A DNA stretch of 64,000 nt. Source: Marsupella aquatica (taxonomy: Eukaryota > Plantae > Marchantiophyta). The stretch covers positions 6,337,327-6,401,326 of the forward strand of contig OZ316897.1 in NCBI GenBank assembly GCA_973895155.1, given 5' to 3'. The notes beneath the pieces are model-generated. The model saw only the letters and a list, made by a program, of their open reading frames with translations, was not told the DNA's origin and did no database searches. The position numbers and the translations under genes were made by a program. This document shows positions 50,525 to 64,000 of this stretch, one piece after another. Within the stretch, counting starts at the first letter, position 1. Every line of letters begins with the position of its first letter.

Positions 50525-50545
50525 CACTAGAAGAAAACGCCCGAT
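50525..50545 (+). repeat. CACTA-type left terminus (CACTAGAAGAAAACG)
   Basis: Canonical CACTA..AGAAAA start exactly where the RLE fragment is truncated. Matching right end not found. Confidence 0.45.
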
Positions 50546-53148
50546 TTTGAGACCCTCCCCTGTGTGACTTGTGCTAGACCTTCAGAAATATGCAACTCCA
50601 ATTTGTGAGTGTCATTTTGATTACACCCTATCAACCGAGTTTTCCTAAGGTTTATAAAGTCATTTATACCACTTTTGGGAAAGTTGCATTTGAGACACTA
50701 AGAGGTCTCTAACATGCAAGGTACATAAGTTACTCTACAGTAGAGTAGACTGAATGAGAGCATATGCATGCAACAAGTTTTACACTACAATGAGGCCTGG
50801 CCCTGAACATACAAGTCTTACTACCACATGACTTTTTACCCTGACTGTAGTTAAGTAATGACAATTTTTTCCATCTTTACCAGTTCTCACCTATACCATG
50901 TGGTTAAGTAATGGCAATTTTCCATCTTTACCAGTTCTCCTCTATACCAGCCATCCAACATTCTATGACCACCGGCCTACTGTATTTAAGCTCTCAACAG
51001 GTTTTTTTCAAGGTTGGAGACAAGTAGCCATTGTGGCTACTGCCCATTGGCTTGCCTAAGAAGAGGTGGCAACCCCATGGATCAATGACTTGGGATCCGT
51101 TTGCATTGATCTGTAGAAAGAAAGTGATGGCAAGAAGGCAAGAAGATGTGGTACAAAGTAAAGTTCTAGGCAGAGTCTACACTGGGATTGGTTTTTTGCT
51201 GGTTGGGTTGGGTTATTGGGATGAGTACTTGAATGTATTACTTGATTTCTTTTCAGTCAGCACCTTGGAGGCTTGGGGAGGGGGTTGGGGGTGACTCTGC
51301 TTGGCAGCATGTGTCTTTGGACGCATGGAGGGGTTAAATTCTCTCCAGAGAAGTACTTTACATTTGCTTATATTATGTTTTTGGTCAATTGCTTCTTACA
51401 TAGCCCAATCTCTCTTTGCTTCTTCTTCTTACATGTTGTGGGTTGAACTCACAGATCAATGACTATTGAATGTGTGAAAGTTTGAAAATGGATATTCCAT
51501 CCCCAAGAGGAGAATGATAGTCTAAGATAAGCCCCCAAGTGAATTTTTGAAACTGATTCAAATCTGGGAATCCCCAAAGGCTGGCAAAGCGTTCAGTACG
51601 TGGCCTCACCTGCAGTACTATGCCCCAAAACCTTAAACCAATTAACAAAGAAAAAGTCAGGATGGGGGTTTACAGGCAGGGAATCCATGGGTTGCAGGGT
51701 GTTATAGAGTGGAATCCCTGAGGGCGCTGAACCAAAGGGGCTGGTTACAGCCCATAAGCCCTTTACAACCCATGGTTATCGAGCGTAATCACTCATTGTA
51801 AGTCTTCTAAATCCATGCTTCCGAGTCATGACCCTGATCTGTCCTAGTACTAGTCAAGCTTGCAAGGGGGTTATGGTCCATAACTTTCAATGAAAATACA
51901 AGAGATGACTCACAGGGAAGATGTACTACCTATAACTCAATAGAAATACAAAGGAACTCACAACAGAAGTATACTGATATTAAACTCATAAGTAAAACAA
52001 ATTAGCCTTAGGTGCAGACTCAGAAGACAGATTTCTAACAATAACTCATAAGAAAATGAAATAGGCAGGCATGGCAAGAGAGGATAGGCAGATGCACAGT
52101 GAGGCAAGAGTTTGGGCAAGCAAAGGAGAATAAAAAGTGAAAAGTACAAAATCTATCCAATAAAATGTGATCTAAAGCTAGGGTAAAGTGCCTGTGATCT
52201 AGAGTGAAGTCAGTACTCACCATATATTTTTTGAGCTCTATTCTAACTATATAATGGCGATCAAAAGCTACTCTCAAGGTCGATGATCTAGAGTGAAGCT
52301 TCTCAACCATGACTTATAGGCATAAATGAAGTGGGGTTGCAGGCGGAAATCAGAATTGGAGGCAAGTCACTCTAAAACATTTGGAGGTGAATAGGTGAAC
52401 TTTAGTGTCAAGTGACAAGTGAGGTCTGTTTTTTCAGTAGGCCTTTTTTGCCCTCACGTTCAGGAAATAAGGCTTGTAAAAATGAACTGCAGAATGAAGT
52501 TACCGTAATAAGTGTAGGATAATGGCCATCCGGTCTGGGTTACTAGCTTTCTCGGAGCAGGGTTCAGGCTAGAACCATGCCCAGACCTTGCCGTAATACT
52601 TAATTATTGTACAAAGAAAGGATAAACCACAAGTTCCCCTATATAAGGGGAAGTGTCCAAGACCTCCTCTTTTTTCCACATTTCAATCACTCTTCTCCTT
52701 TAGCATGTCAGTTTGCTTCACAATTTCACTAAAAATCTTTTTTTAATGGTAAGTAGGGGTAACCCTTAGCTTTTGAAGGGCAGTTGTGCTCCAAACAAGA
52801 AATTATTTAAATTATGTGAATAGTAAGTACCTCCACCCGCATTAGGCACAGAAACTAAGGTGAACAAAAATGAGAGAATGGGGGAGAATTTGAGACAGGG
52901 TGCAATTTGAATTGAATTTCACTTTTCCATCTCCAAAATAACGCCTCCACAGGCGGGAAACCCCGCGCCTTCTTGCAACAGCCGAGAGCTCAAGCCAACC
53001 CGTTACGGAGCTGATCACAAACCAGAACCACAATACCGAATTCCCGAGGAGACGATTTCAGCATGTCCAATGTATTTGAGAAACTCGTTAGGTTGAATTG
53101 AGCAGTGTACTTCTTCACACCGTTGTTCGTGGCAAAGGCAGACTGCAC

Positions 53149-54407
53149 ATGGCGTACAGGGGGAAGAAACGGAGACAGGAGGACGAAGATTTCATCGATG
53201 ATGATGACGAGGGCAGTGATTCCGGAAGCGCCGGGGCAGCTCGAAAGAAGCCAACTAAGAAGGAATCCAACAACAAAACGCAGGACGGGACAGCTGTGTG
53301 TGAGGTGAGGTTTCCTTGTGACTCGATCAGAGTTCTCCAGGATTTTCTACTTCTGTGATTGGATTTAACATTGTTTTGAATCCTCTGTAGAAAACCTTGC
53401 CTCAAGGTGGACTGCGTGTATGTTTCGTGTGGCCGTAATGCATTATCATTCTGTTGCGATCGTGGCGTCACGCTCACCCTTCATACCTCCTCTTTGGTAC
53501 TTTTTGTGGTTATTCTTCATTTTTATCGGATAGACTGTAAGATTCGTGTGAATGTGTTGTCCACAATCATGGCGCGGGAGGAGGCAGATTATCGCGTTAT
53601 TCTAAGACTTCTTGTTCAGGATTTGTTGGATATCGTGTTCGTTCTTAGAAATACTTCCCGGCATCTACCAATTTCATGTTAGTGACCAGTTGGCAAGATG
53701 ATTCTTAGTATTGAAATCCTACTTTGACAAAGTTATTCCGATCGATCGGGTATCATCGCAAAGGTATGACTTAAGTCTGTGCTGCGAGTGAGCATCGCCT
53801 GAAGAGTTCACTACTTCGAGGTGGGATTATGTCATTTGTGTTTTTGTAATTAAAGAACGTTGTGAGGTTAATCGTGTGTTTGTTTCTGTACTCCCCATTC
53901 TCTCAGCTATCGAAGAATCGCAAGGTGACTGTAAGGGCATTCAAATCTATGATTTTAGTTGACATTCGGGAGTACTACAGCAAAAATGATGGAGATTCAA
54001 TGCCCTCCAAGAAAGGTCCGTTCCTGAAAAATTCTAAAAGCCTTGAGACCTGTTTCGGAATGTGGATTCGCGTTCGTTGTTGTTCCATAATCAGTACTCG
54101 TCCGGGAAAATCCTCGTCCTTCAGCAACATGTTCTTTGACTCTGATATGCCGGTATTCGTTTCTGCTGTTATGGCAGGAATATCATTGACGCTAGACCAG
54201 GTATGTGACCACTTTACGTCATGAGCAGATCCCACTTGATTTCTTATGTGTGCATGAAGGCATTGTTAACTATCCTTGTTATTTTATACAATTAGATGAG
54301 AATGCAACTCTGACAGCACTTGGAAATACACTTGGCCATAGCAGTGGAAAATACTGCGTGATCACGCCGAGGATATCGATGGGGCCATTGCTACGTTGAG
54401 CAAGTAG
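53149..54407 (+). CDS. KIWI: Transcriptional coactivator PC4/Sub1 family (KIWI-like); exons 53149-53304, 53907-54015, 54178-54200, 54345-54407
   Basis: LSKNRKVTVRAFKSMILVDIREYY...PSKKGISLTLDQWKILRDHAEDID, assembled through GT-AG introns. Confidence 0.88.
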
Positions 54408-57400
54408 CAGCAGTGCCCGGTCTTTTGATATCTAATCGCTACTCCGTTTTGCAATTTTGTTATAAATTCGGAGAACCTGGTTTACGGTTAGTCCTCGACA
54501 GTGTAATGACCGAGGCAGGAGAATCTTAGCGTCAGCGCCACAGTCATGCAGAACCCGCCTGCGCTCCCTGAACCTTCGACAACCCGGTGTAGATATAGTG
54601 AACCGCTCTACAGAAATGTCAGGAGAAAAGCATTTAGCGCACAAGAACCCGTAGATAATGCGGAAGGTGGTGTAATTTTGTGAATACTTTGTCGCCTCAA
54701 TATGTCAGATGTCTACAAATCCTGTCCGTGCTGAACATGGACGGCCTCAACAAGTTTAGAGTTTGCGCTTGATTGATTTGAGTCAGGGAAATATGAATCA
54801 CAAGACGCATGTAGATTCCAAAAGAACTACATCGTTCTGAAAGTTTCCATCCGGTAACGAAATCAGCTTTACAATTTTTGTTTCGTCGAGAAGTACATTC
54901 CCTGAAGGCGTAGCCAGGGGATGAGATTGTTATGAAATTCTACATCCTGTTTTTGGTATATCTTCGAGATTCTCCGGCGAGTTCAATGACCTTGCATGCG
55001 ATGTTAAGTAGTCGGCCAAACTCAAGGAAGATCGACGCCAACTACTGTATATCGCAACTGCCACCTGAACTGTCTTCAACAAAGATTAAGCGACAGTTCA
55101 TAGCTTTATGTCTTCCCATGCACACAGCGCCGGAATCCGCGTTGACAAGAAAAACATTTGATTTTTCAATCGAAATTTCATCTCGGTCGACAATCGAAGC
55201 ATCATTTACACCATGACTTGACCAAGAGTCCTGAGCAATGATTGATATCGTCGACAATCACACACAAAAGTTCCTGACTGACAGTGTAGACAGGTGATCG
55301 TTCTCGGACCAACTACTCTAGTCGGTGACTTACTGCTAGTAGAGCACAGCCGGTCGGCCAAAATTTCCTACCTTTCTATTATGGCAAACCATGGGTACCA
55401 TTTTTGTTCATTATTTTATGTTAGCATAAATTAGAGTGTGAATGTGCTGTTAAGGTACGACATTTATCAGGATGATTACCTTGGGTAGGCAGTCTTCCAA
55501 GCACAGTGGGGAAGCTAAAGCAGGAACCAGATAGATGGTGAGCCTCTTGACTTTAATTGCTGTGGGCAATTGCCAACTGTAAATCAGAGTTGCATCTTCT
55601 AGTATAAATTTAGATTGCGTTTGTGTTGATCCCACTTGATTGTTGATGGAGAATGGGTTAGAGAGGGTCTTTCAGGACGAGAATGCTAGCGAGAGTAGAG
55701 GTCTGAAACAACAACAGGCTGAAACAACAGCAGCAATGAACAAACCACTGATGCCAAAAGTGGAGCACAGGAGCGAGCAGCACTCTGCCAAAAAAACTAT
55801 AGGCAGGACCGATCAAGGCCAAATCCGAACCTCAGACAGTGCACTGAGACCAAAACAAACACACAACCGTCGACACATCCAAGGCCAAAAATTGAGCACA
55901 GCCTTCAGGAGAAGCTGAGGCACACTGCCAATATCAAGCGCATTCCTCACGAGCAACAGGGCACTTCAGAAGCAGCGAGGCCAAAATGAGCTGAAAATGC
56001 CAAAACGAGCATTGAGCCAGGCACGAGCAGCCAAGACTGAAACAAGCAAAGCTGAAATGAACTGAAATGAACCCTTAAACAGCTGAGAGGGCCAAAAAGT
56101 AAGCCAAGAAGATCAAGAAGACGATATGAGCACACAGATGAAACAAGCTGAAAGAGCCCAGCACACCATGAGAGCACGGCACCAAGAGCCAAATCTAGGA
56201 GAGAGTGAGGAGGTGAGAGGAGGAGCTTTAGCATGTTGACTGTGGAGTGGGTGTAATCGCGTTGAATATTAATGGATTTTTCTTACAATTGTGGACGTAG
56301 TACAAACAAGGTGAACCTCATACTTTCAATGTCAGAGTCTATGGATCTTGTTCACATGTGATGACATTGTCTTGTTCACTCTAGATTTGTTCCCACCATG
56401 TTTTACTTAGCTCAGTATGGATGAGCATCATCAAAACCTTTCATTACGGACACCCATTAGGGGTCCTTTGCAAAATTCCTGGGTCCACAGCATGCCACAT
56501 CATCATGGCACGTTGCAAACAGGAAGAGACTTGTTTTTGGATAAAATTAACTTCTGCATTCGTGTGTGTGACAAGTTTGCTGTAAAAACTAGTATGCCAT
56601 GCCATAAAAAAGAATGTAAAAAAACTGACATACAAATCAAAAGACAAAAAGATTGAGGTAAAACTGCTTCCAATAACTGTTTTATTTACATTTTGATTTT
56701 ATTCAAAACATGAAATTTTCCCGGTAGCAATTTTTGATTTCACATTGCTAAGTCAAATCATAATGAAAATTCACGTATAATATGGCCTTAGAAAGATCTT
56801 GAAGAGACGGTCCTGATGAGCTCAGCATTGTCATCATTCGGTGAGAATTGAATAAATAATATGAAAATTAGATTTTACCCGTGATTTCATAGTTTCTAAC
56901 GTGAATATAAATCTTTGTTGTACAACCTTCCATGAGTGGCTGGGGTTGTGTAAGGAGCCAAAAGTCATGGTCCTGAATAGATGTGGTTTGAGGACCGTAT
57001 ATAATAGACCAAAGCTAGTCCATGCGTAACAGGTTCCAAAGAAATATATGGGAAGAGTATGTGTTCAAAAAACTCTCCAAAACCATAAGTCATGCAATGC
57101 GAGGATAAGAAGAAAAAGTCAATATAGCCGGCCCGATCTAAAACACACATATTTTAACTTATTCACAATAAAGTCTAGTCTATGTATCTAGTTTAAGAAA
57201 CACAAGCTATCATATCCTATTCAAGAATATTGAAAAAATAATTATAAAAAAGTATAGGGGAAAAAATATCATCAAAGTGAAGAGTAGGGTACTTTGTGGG
57301 TGAAACACAAGTATATTAAGTTGAATGTACAAGTCAATGTACCTTGTAGATACAATATTTTGTGGTTGAGAGCCAAGTAAACTAATTTTGTACCTTTCTA

Positions 57401-58534
57401 AAATTTGGAGGGCTCTTATTTAGGTAAGGGCTCTCTGTTTAGGTGACACCTATTGACCTATAACCATAAGCATTGGATTTTTTAAAACAATAGACATATA
57501 AGGTACAGGCCATTGGATTGAGTCCTAGTTGGGAGGTTGAGTTTGGAGAGTTATACCTTATCAATGCATTCTCATGAAAAGGAGAAGTGCCTATAGCATA
57601 AAAAAAACTAGAGGAATAAGATAAAGTATCATAACAAAAAGATTAAGAGAAGTTTGAGCATGTCTAGTTAAAACTAAGGACTTGAAAAATTAAAGGGGTT
57701 GAAAGAAATTACTTAATTCAGAAAAAAACAAATGGAAAGCATAGAATAGACCAAATTGACATAAAAATATGTAACAGACAATTCTAATAAGACAAGATAA
57801 CCAAAGTGTGTCCCGCCATATAGCAGCATCAAAAACTACAATCTTTTTAACAACTTGATGGTGTTTCTGTTAAGAGTGGATGAGATCCAAAAGACAATTT
57901 AAGCTCATTTTGAGAGTTTTAAACCAACATATTCCAAGTTGGAGGAACATTTACAGACTTTTCCATGTTTGGAGTAATTCAACCACTAAACTAGTCATAT
58001 GGGTGATATCCACATCCATATGCAATCATCAAGATTAAATGGTTGATCCATGTTTTGCATGCCCCGGATGCATTCCTTAGTTTGCATCTTCTGGCACATG
58101 GCACCTGACTTTGTTAAGACTTCCTTGCTCATGCATGTTAGGGAGGGAGGGCAAGGCATAACCGGCAAAGTGTGTCAAGGAGGGCATATACAGGGAAGCG
58201 CAGCCCCCATGAGGCCATGCAATGGCAAGCCAGGAGGAAGGGAGTAGCCGAATAGGATGGATTTATTTTGCAGGATTGAATACCGGACAAATATGGCTTC
58301 AGTTCATGTCCAGGATTGCTTAGTGCCCAAATTGCATTTTGTGCATAGACTTACCAGAACAGGATGAGACCGGATGTGACAGTTCTACTACAAACTTCCC
58401 CAACAAGTGAAACTAAGAGAAGCCAATTACTCGTCCAAGGCTTACCTTTCTCATTATTCGCAAACTAATCAAACTCATGAGAGACCTGTATCGAGTTATC
58501 GTAGATGAAAGAACGTTCCAGACGCGAGCACTTT

Positions 58535-58568
58535 AGCCCAAGGGCTGCTACCTTTAGGGTTAGGGTTT
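58535..58568. promoter_or_regulatory. Site II element (AGCCCA) and telo-box (TAGGGTTT) in the ribosomal protein promoter
   Basis: AGCCCA at 58535-58540 and TTAGGGTTAGGGTTT ending at 58568, about 150 bp upstream of the RPL6 ATG. Standard for plant r-protein genes. Confidence 0.7.
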
Positions 58569-58717
58569 GTGTTAACAAGGAACGCACACGGTCTGTGCGC
58601 CGTTAAGCTTTTTCCTCTTCGACCATCCTTTCGCTTGTTCGACTGTATCTGAGAGTGTTGTCGCAAAGCCAACTTCGTTTCACCGACTAAGGAAGGAGCT
58701 CCTGTCGAGGTTTAGCG

Positions 58718-59828
58718 ATGGCACCGTCAGCGAAACCGAGGACTTCGTCGAGAAACAAGTCTATCGTTCGGGGGGTAGGAAGGTTCTCGCGCTCCAAAGT
58801 GTATCATAAGCGAGGCTTGTGGGCGATCAAGGCCAAAAATGGCGGCTCCTTCCCCACGCATGGGAAGGTTGCGGCTCCCGAGGCCAAGGAGGTTAGGGCC
58901 CCCAAATTCTACCCCGCCGACGACGTGAAGAAGCCCCTTCACAAGAACAAGGTCGTTAACCCCCCGAAGCTCCGGTAAGCCACTTTTGCATTGCGTGGCT
59001 CTGTAAATCAGTTTTGGTTGATTTGGATTGAACTGTGAGAATTTCGAGGGGAGAGTAATTTGTGTCTATGCTCCAGTGCTCTTTCTCGGAAGAGAAATAG
59101 GTCAATATTGATGATCCTCTATGTACACTTGCAAATTCTGTGCAGGGCAAATATTACCCCCGGGACTGTCTTGATCCTTTTGGCTGGTCGCTTCAAGGGC
59201 AAACGAGTTGTTTTCTTGAAGCAGCTCGAGGGTGGTCTGCTTCTTGTCACAGGTATGCCGTCCTCGCTGAATTGGCGATGTTGTGCCGGTTGATTTGAAC
59301 CTGTAAGTATCTATGTGTGTATATGCCTGGCAAATTCGTCTATTAATTTTGGATTGTCCAAACAGGGCCATTTAAGGTCAACGGCGTTCCACTGAGACGG
59401 GTAAATCAAACCTACGTAATTTCCACCTCGACAAAGCTCGACATTGGTTCCGTGGATTTGTCCAAGTACACCGATGCCTACTTTACGAGAGAGATCGTGA
59501 AGAAGAAGAAGGGAGAGAGTGAGTTCTTTGAGGCAGAGAAGGAGGTACGCTTTTCGCCAATCACTCTAAACCACCCATGACATATTTCCCGTTTGTGGTT
59601 TGAGGCAAGGACATTCGGATTCGTTTTGCGTAGAATTTCTGACGCCCTGATACTGATCTTTTCGTGCAGAGGGAGGAGAAGGTCGTCCCTGAAGAGAAGA
59701 AGGACGATCAAAAGGCTCTTGATGCCTTTTTGATCCCCATTATAGAGAAGACCCCCGACCTGAAATCGTACTTGAGTGCTAGATTTAGTCTCAAATCTGG
59801 TGTGAAACCCCATGAGCTGGTATTCTGA
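58718..59828 (+). CDS. RPL6: 60S ribosomal protein L6 (eL6); exons 58718-58974, 59146-59252, 59366-59544, 59670-59828
   Basis: [69 protein letters not shown] and a terminal KPHELVF. Confidence 0.97.
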
Positions 59829-60139
59829 TGAATGGGAGATCTCCCTCTGTACATTGGTATGGACGGTGGCTGCTTGAGTCGTTAAGATCTACCTCTGACG
59901 ACTTGCAATGTAGAGGTTCCGTTTTTAAAATTTTGTATTGCGGATTGACAGTCAAATCGCATACGGGTCTAGTCTCTCGAAATTGTTGACGGCCCTGAGT
60001 TCATTGAGACCGTTATGATCGTTCTGTTTAGATGACTGTACGCGGGTTTATTCTTGAAAAACCAATAAGTCTACATCATTACTAAATGGGTGTCTTACAG
60101 CTCGATTTAGTATTTAATCAGTATGTATCTGTTGTTAGT

Positions 60140-63100
60140 TCATGTCTCTGTCACTTTTCTAGGGATTCTGTACTTTGGCAGGTCTTGCCCGTGTTCTTTC
60201 AGAAATCCCATCAGCTTGTTATCGATAATCTCTCCACTGAGTTTCGTCAGTCGTGGTTCCAAGGACTTGATCTTTCCACTTGCCAATTCGGTTAGGACTA
60301 TAGTCATGCTCGTTCTGCTGTTCCTCATTATCTCCCTTACCTTGTCACTAACACCTTGGAAGAAATCCAGGAATTTGTCGTGGAAAGTAATCATAGCCCA
60401 TGGTCGGAGGAGAAATTCTGCAATGTCTGGTACTTGATCGTTTTCCCATCTGCCCATGTGAATCCAACATTTTCAGAAAATTGAGGCCCTATAGTTTGAC
60501 CTTGATAATGTGTAGTGGCGGAAATGCAACCTTAATGATCGATTGTTGAATGTGAGCGGCCCTTCCTATAATAGGTCAGGGAAGTCTATATGGATAATAC
60601 ACCTTGAACTTAGATGGGGCAAAAGTCCGTAACGGGGTTACCTCTCTACTAAATCTTGAAGCAACGTGTCGGGAAGTCCAATCAAACATACTAGTTTCCA
60701 TTCCTCCAAACGAACTTTCCCAAAGTAAATTATTCTTCCGACTTCTTTGCTGTCCATGATATCGAGTCTGCAGTATGAGTCTGCCGTTCTGCTTTGCAAG
60801 GTCAGGGCCGATGGATCTTCACAGTAACAACAAACAACAGAAAATTGTGTTTTTAGTTGTCGTTAACACAGCCGGGTCGTTAAACTCTTGGGCTCTGGAC
60901 TGTGAGCAAAGTTGCCTACGGCCTCTAGGCATCCAACTCAGAACAATTTTCCTACACAATGGGATGTTCAAACAGGTTTGGCCAATTCTAGATGGTCGTT
61001 CCAAAATGAGATGGAATGGAATTATCCAGGAAGCACCCCGAATGCTAGTTTTTATAGCCAGTGAAGTATGAAAGATCCCCTTGCTAGACTTTACTTGCTT
61101 GGACTTGGGACTGACGAATAGGTTTACTACAGAAGTCGCTTTCAGGTACCGTATGACATTAGCTGAATGCGGCTTATTTCAATTATGTGAGTCAAGTCAC
61201 AGCTTACTTTCGAATGCAAATGTTGGAAAGAGCAAGTTTGTCTACACGATCCCTACGGGCATTGCCCTCGAAATCATGTGCAGTCAATCTACCGACCTAA
61301 TTAACAGTCAATCACGTCAAACGACCTCCCAAACAAGCTTCCTTTCCACAAAAGTTTTCGTAGCTGAACAGTAAAAATTGAGCTATGGATGAGTGTTGTA
61401 ATTTTGAGTACGAGTTTTTCTTTTCAGTTGATGTTGTGATCACTTGTCATCTAACAAATGAAATTTTTCCCAGGGGTACATGAATTGCAATGGCCTAAAA
61501 TTGGTTTTGACAGATTATTGTTTACAAAGAGAGGCTGACGTTGTTGATGTTTTCATGTCAATTTTGTAACTGAAAGCTTTTTGGGCGTGTAGACAAGATC
61601 GAAGGCCTACTTGCTAACTGTGTGGAAAACTTTGGAGCAGTTGCAGAGAAAAACCATTCCTCCCCTGGCAGAAGTCCTCTAATGCATCTTGGTTTCTTCA
61701 GGGATGGCAAGTTTGGTCGGGGCCACTTGTGTGGCTTCAATATTTCAACATATTCCTCTGACGCGCAACGTGTCGTTGATCCATATATAGCTGTAACGAT
61801 TACCGCCTTCACAGCAGGAGCCAAAGCTTCTCCAACCTCCCAAGGGCAAAATGCTTCACATTTGGGCAAATCATCCCCACAACGACGACTAAATTTGGAC
61901 AAACTTCCGGCCGCAAAAATGAAAGGGTCATTGGTTTGAAAGTATCCATCGACCACGATCCGACCATCAAAGATCAGTGCTTCCTGATATGATCACACGC
62001 GGTGCATGATTATGTGCACTTACATGACACAGTTAAGATGGTGTTTAGAGAACAAGTTTCAGATGACAGAAGTGCCCAGGATAATAAAACCCAATAACAC
62101 TTTATGACACAGTTAAGATGGGTTTTACCAAAGAATCTCCAGATGACAGAAGTGCCCAGGTTAATATTCCAATAACTCTTTAATGACACAGTTCAGATGG
62201 GGTTTACAGAAGAAATTCCAGATGACAGAAGTGCGCAGGTTTATGAAAACCCAACAACATAGAATCTGCTAGAGAATCTAGATGTCATTTACAGGGATTG
62301 ATAAACGGTATTCTCGCATCACCAAACAAAGTAGGAATTCTGTCCAATTGGGGTTTACGAATGTTCCAAGTAAAATGAGTTCATGGAGATGGATCGTTAG
62401 TGCCTTAGCAATAATTCCTCTTAACTGAAGTAACGAGTCAACGAGAATTTGAGTATATTTGCTCCCAACGATGAGGAATTCGCTATTTCCTTGTAATTTG
62501 CAGAAATCATCCCTAAGAGACCCAGGCAACTGTCCTGACAGTCTTGCATTGACAGCTTTGAATTCCAGCCTGGTATGCACTCAGTCAAGAAGGGTGCCTG
62601 CACTTTTGGTCACCTCACTAATGGTAGAGCGGTAAGACAAGTACACAAAAAGGTGAGTACCATCCTTCAATGAACCAGATGGGTTCTTCATAATCCCTAG
62701 TCACAGAATTCACCTATGAAGCTAAAGCTGACAACACCACTACGAGTTAGTGTGGTGTGGAAATGGCCTTAAGAAAGGTGCCCTCAAAGTCTTGGGGCTC
62801 ACACTGGGTTGCATAACCTCTCCATGGGATCTTGAGTAGCATGAAATAATTAGTGATCTCATTCTTCTGGTAGCTCAACTAGTAGGTGTTAACAAGTCGG
62901 AAGACATGTTTTAGAGGAGGTTATGACAATAAGTGTACCTTATGAATGGCCCGGAAAAGGGGGAGATCAACTTGTTGTTTGTTGCCTGTCACGAGCGTCG
63001 AGCAAGGGACTTTCAGTTTTCTTTCAGGTCTCTCCGACTTATCCATCACATGGATACTTTTGAGAACCTCTCTATGGTCTACCATGGGTACCTTGTGGAT

Positions 63101-64000
63101 AGGACACTTGGGATGTTCCAGCAATTCTTCCAGTGCTTCCACAGGTTGTAAGGCCTTGGCAGCCAACTTCTCCAGAGATGTAGGAACCAAGCTCATTCCA
63201 TCTAGGTTTTCATCAGGGACAAGATCCTGAAACTCCAGGGCATTGATCCAACCAGTAGTTGCGTCCATCTCTGCATGTATCAACTTCATGCCAGACTGGA
63301 TAGATATACCCGCCTGAATCAATGTTGCCAAAATCATCTGAGAAGTCTCCGTATCTCCCAAACACTTAGTGACTGATGTTTGTATACTTACAGTTTCAGG
63401 GTGCACTAGTAGCAGATTCTTCCCTTCCAATCCTTCCTTCAGAAGAGCTTGAATGGCACCGAACGCACTCAGTGTTGCCCCATATACGACAACAGGACAA
63501 ATGCTATCTGCCTTACCAGCAGCAGAGGCTATAGCTCTTTTCACAATCTCAGGAGCGTTCAAAAGAAGTTCATCGATCTTGACAACCCCTCCTTCAAGTT
63601 TACACATCATGGATTCCTGGAGACTTTGCTTTGTCTGATCTTGTAAACCAGAACTCAACACGAGCCAATCATAAGGGAGATCCTTACCAGTTGAGAGGTG
63701 GACAGTACGGCCTTTTCGGTTGATGTCTTTCACCATAGCCTCGATAATTTTAATCTGACAGTCTAAACCTAGCTTTGGAAAGGAGTACTTAGGACCTAAG
63801 TCTGCAACAAGAGAGTTCAAAGAGGTGGATGAGAGATCCTGGAAGCCGACTCCAGACACCATCATTAGATTCGTGAACTGCAATTCATGGGATGCAAGGA
63901 GCTTATGGAGGAAACCTGCTGTTGTAGTTGAGGAACCCACAACAACGACGCGGGCATTTATGACTGTTTTGTACCGGTACAAGTTCCTGCGGGTTATAAC
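60140..64000 (-). CDS. CFAP61: Cilia- and flagella-associated protein 61, 3' exons (5' part outside window)
   Basis: [11 protein letters not shown]...[11 protein letters not shown]...[37 protein letters not shown] and [11 protein letters not shown] match the CFAP61 FAD/NAD-binding-like C-terminal region. Exons at about 62936-64000, 61570-61985, 60643-60790 and 60140-60450. Confidence 0.85.
62024..62259 (+). repeat. Three ~79-bp tandem repeats in a CFAP61 intron
   Basis: ATGACACAGTTAAGATGG...CAGATGACAGAAGTGCCCAGG starts at 62024, 62104 and 62183. Confidence 0.85.

Noticed and set aside
55440-56270. Purine-rich, low-complexity segment with short ORFs, possibly an LTR or 5' UTR relic
   Set aside because: No paired LTR, PBS/PPT or recognisable protein, so no boundaries can be supported.
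56808-56850. CTGATGAG followed by a CTCA...TGAG stem, resembling a hammerhead ribozyme core
   Set aside because: No GAAA after stem II and no stems I/III. The context resembles AT-rich DNA-transposon subterminal sequence.
62024-62259. Repeat-spacer-like look of the three 79-bp units (CRISPR-like)
   Set aside because: The 'spacers' are homologous to each other, the repeat lies in a eukaryotic intron, and there are no cas genes. Ordinary minisatellite.
62278-62580. 100-aa minus-strand ORF in a CFAP61 intron, faintly like the CFAP61 C-terminus
   Set aside because: Similarity too weak to support and no clear splice context.
60140-63982. FAD/NAD oxidoreductase-like motifs suggesting a bacterial enzyme or HGT
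   Set aside because: Explained by the known oxidoreductase-like domain of CFAP61; the gene has introns.

Overview
Eukaryotic, land-plant genomic DNA with spliceosomal introns. The CFAP61 gene implies a lineage with flagellated sperm, most likely a bryophyte. The right half (32.5-64 kb) is gene-dense host sequence: an APLF-like FHA+PBZ gene, an importin-beta (TNPO3/IPO13-type) gene, PC4/KIWI, RPL6 and the 3' part of CFAP61. The left half is mostly transposons: a DNA-transposon ORF, a Copia relic, a non-autonomous short-LTR element, Gypsy relics, plus a complex I P1-like gene. The most striking object is an ~11.4-kb TIR-bounded Mutator-like element (11911-23318). It encodes a spliced GCM-DDE-SWIM transposase and, divergently, a spliced ~1040-aa protein fusing a ParB/Srx-like domain (DGNHR) to an N6-adenine/N4-cytosine DNA-methyltransferase-like fold. 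Its non-coding DNA, including three of its four introns, carries about ten copies of a 16-bp 7-2-7 palindrome (CTAGCGA-NN-TCGCTAG) that has the architecture of a parS/sopC site. This suggests a transposon-borne ParB/parS-like self-recognition or epigenetic (anti-silencing) module. All domain calls come from motif recognition by eye, not database searches.
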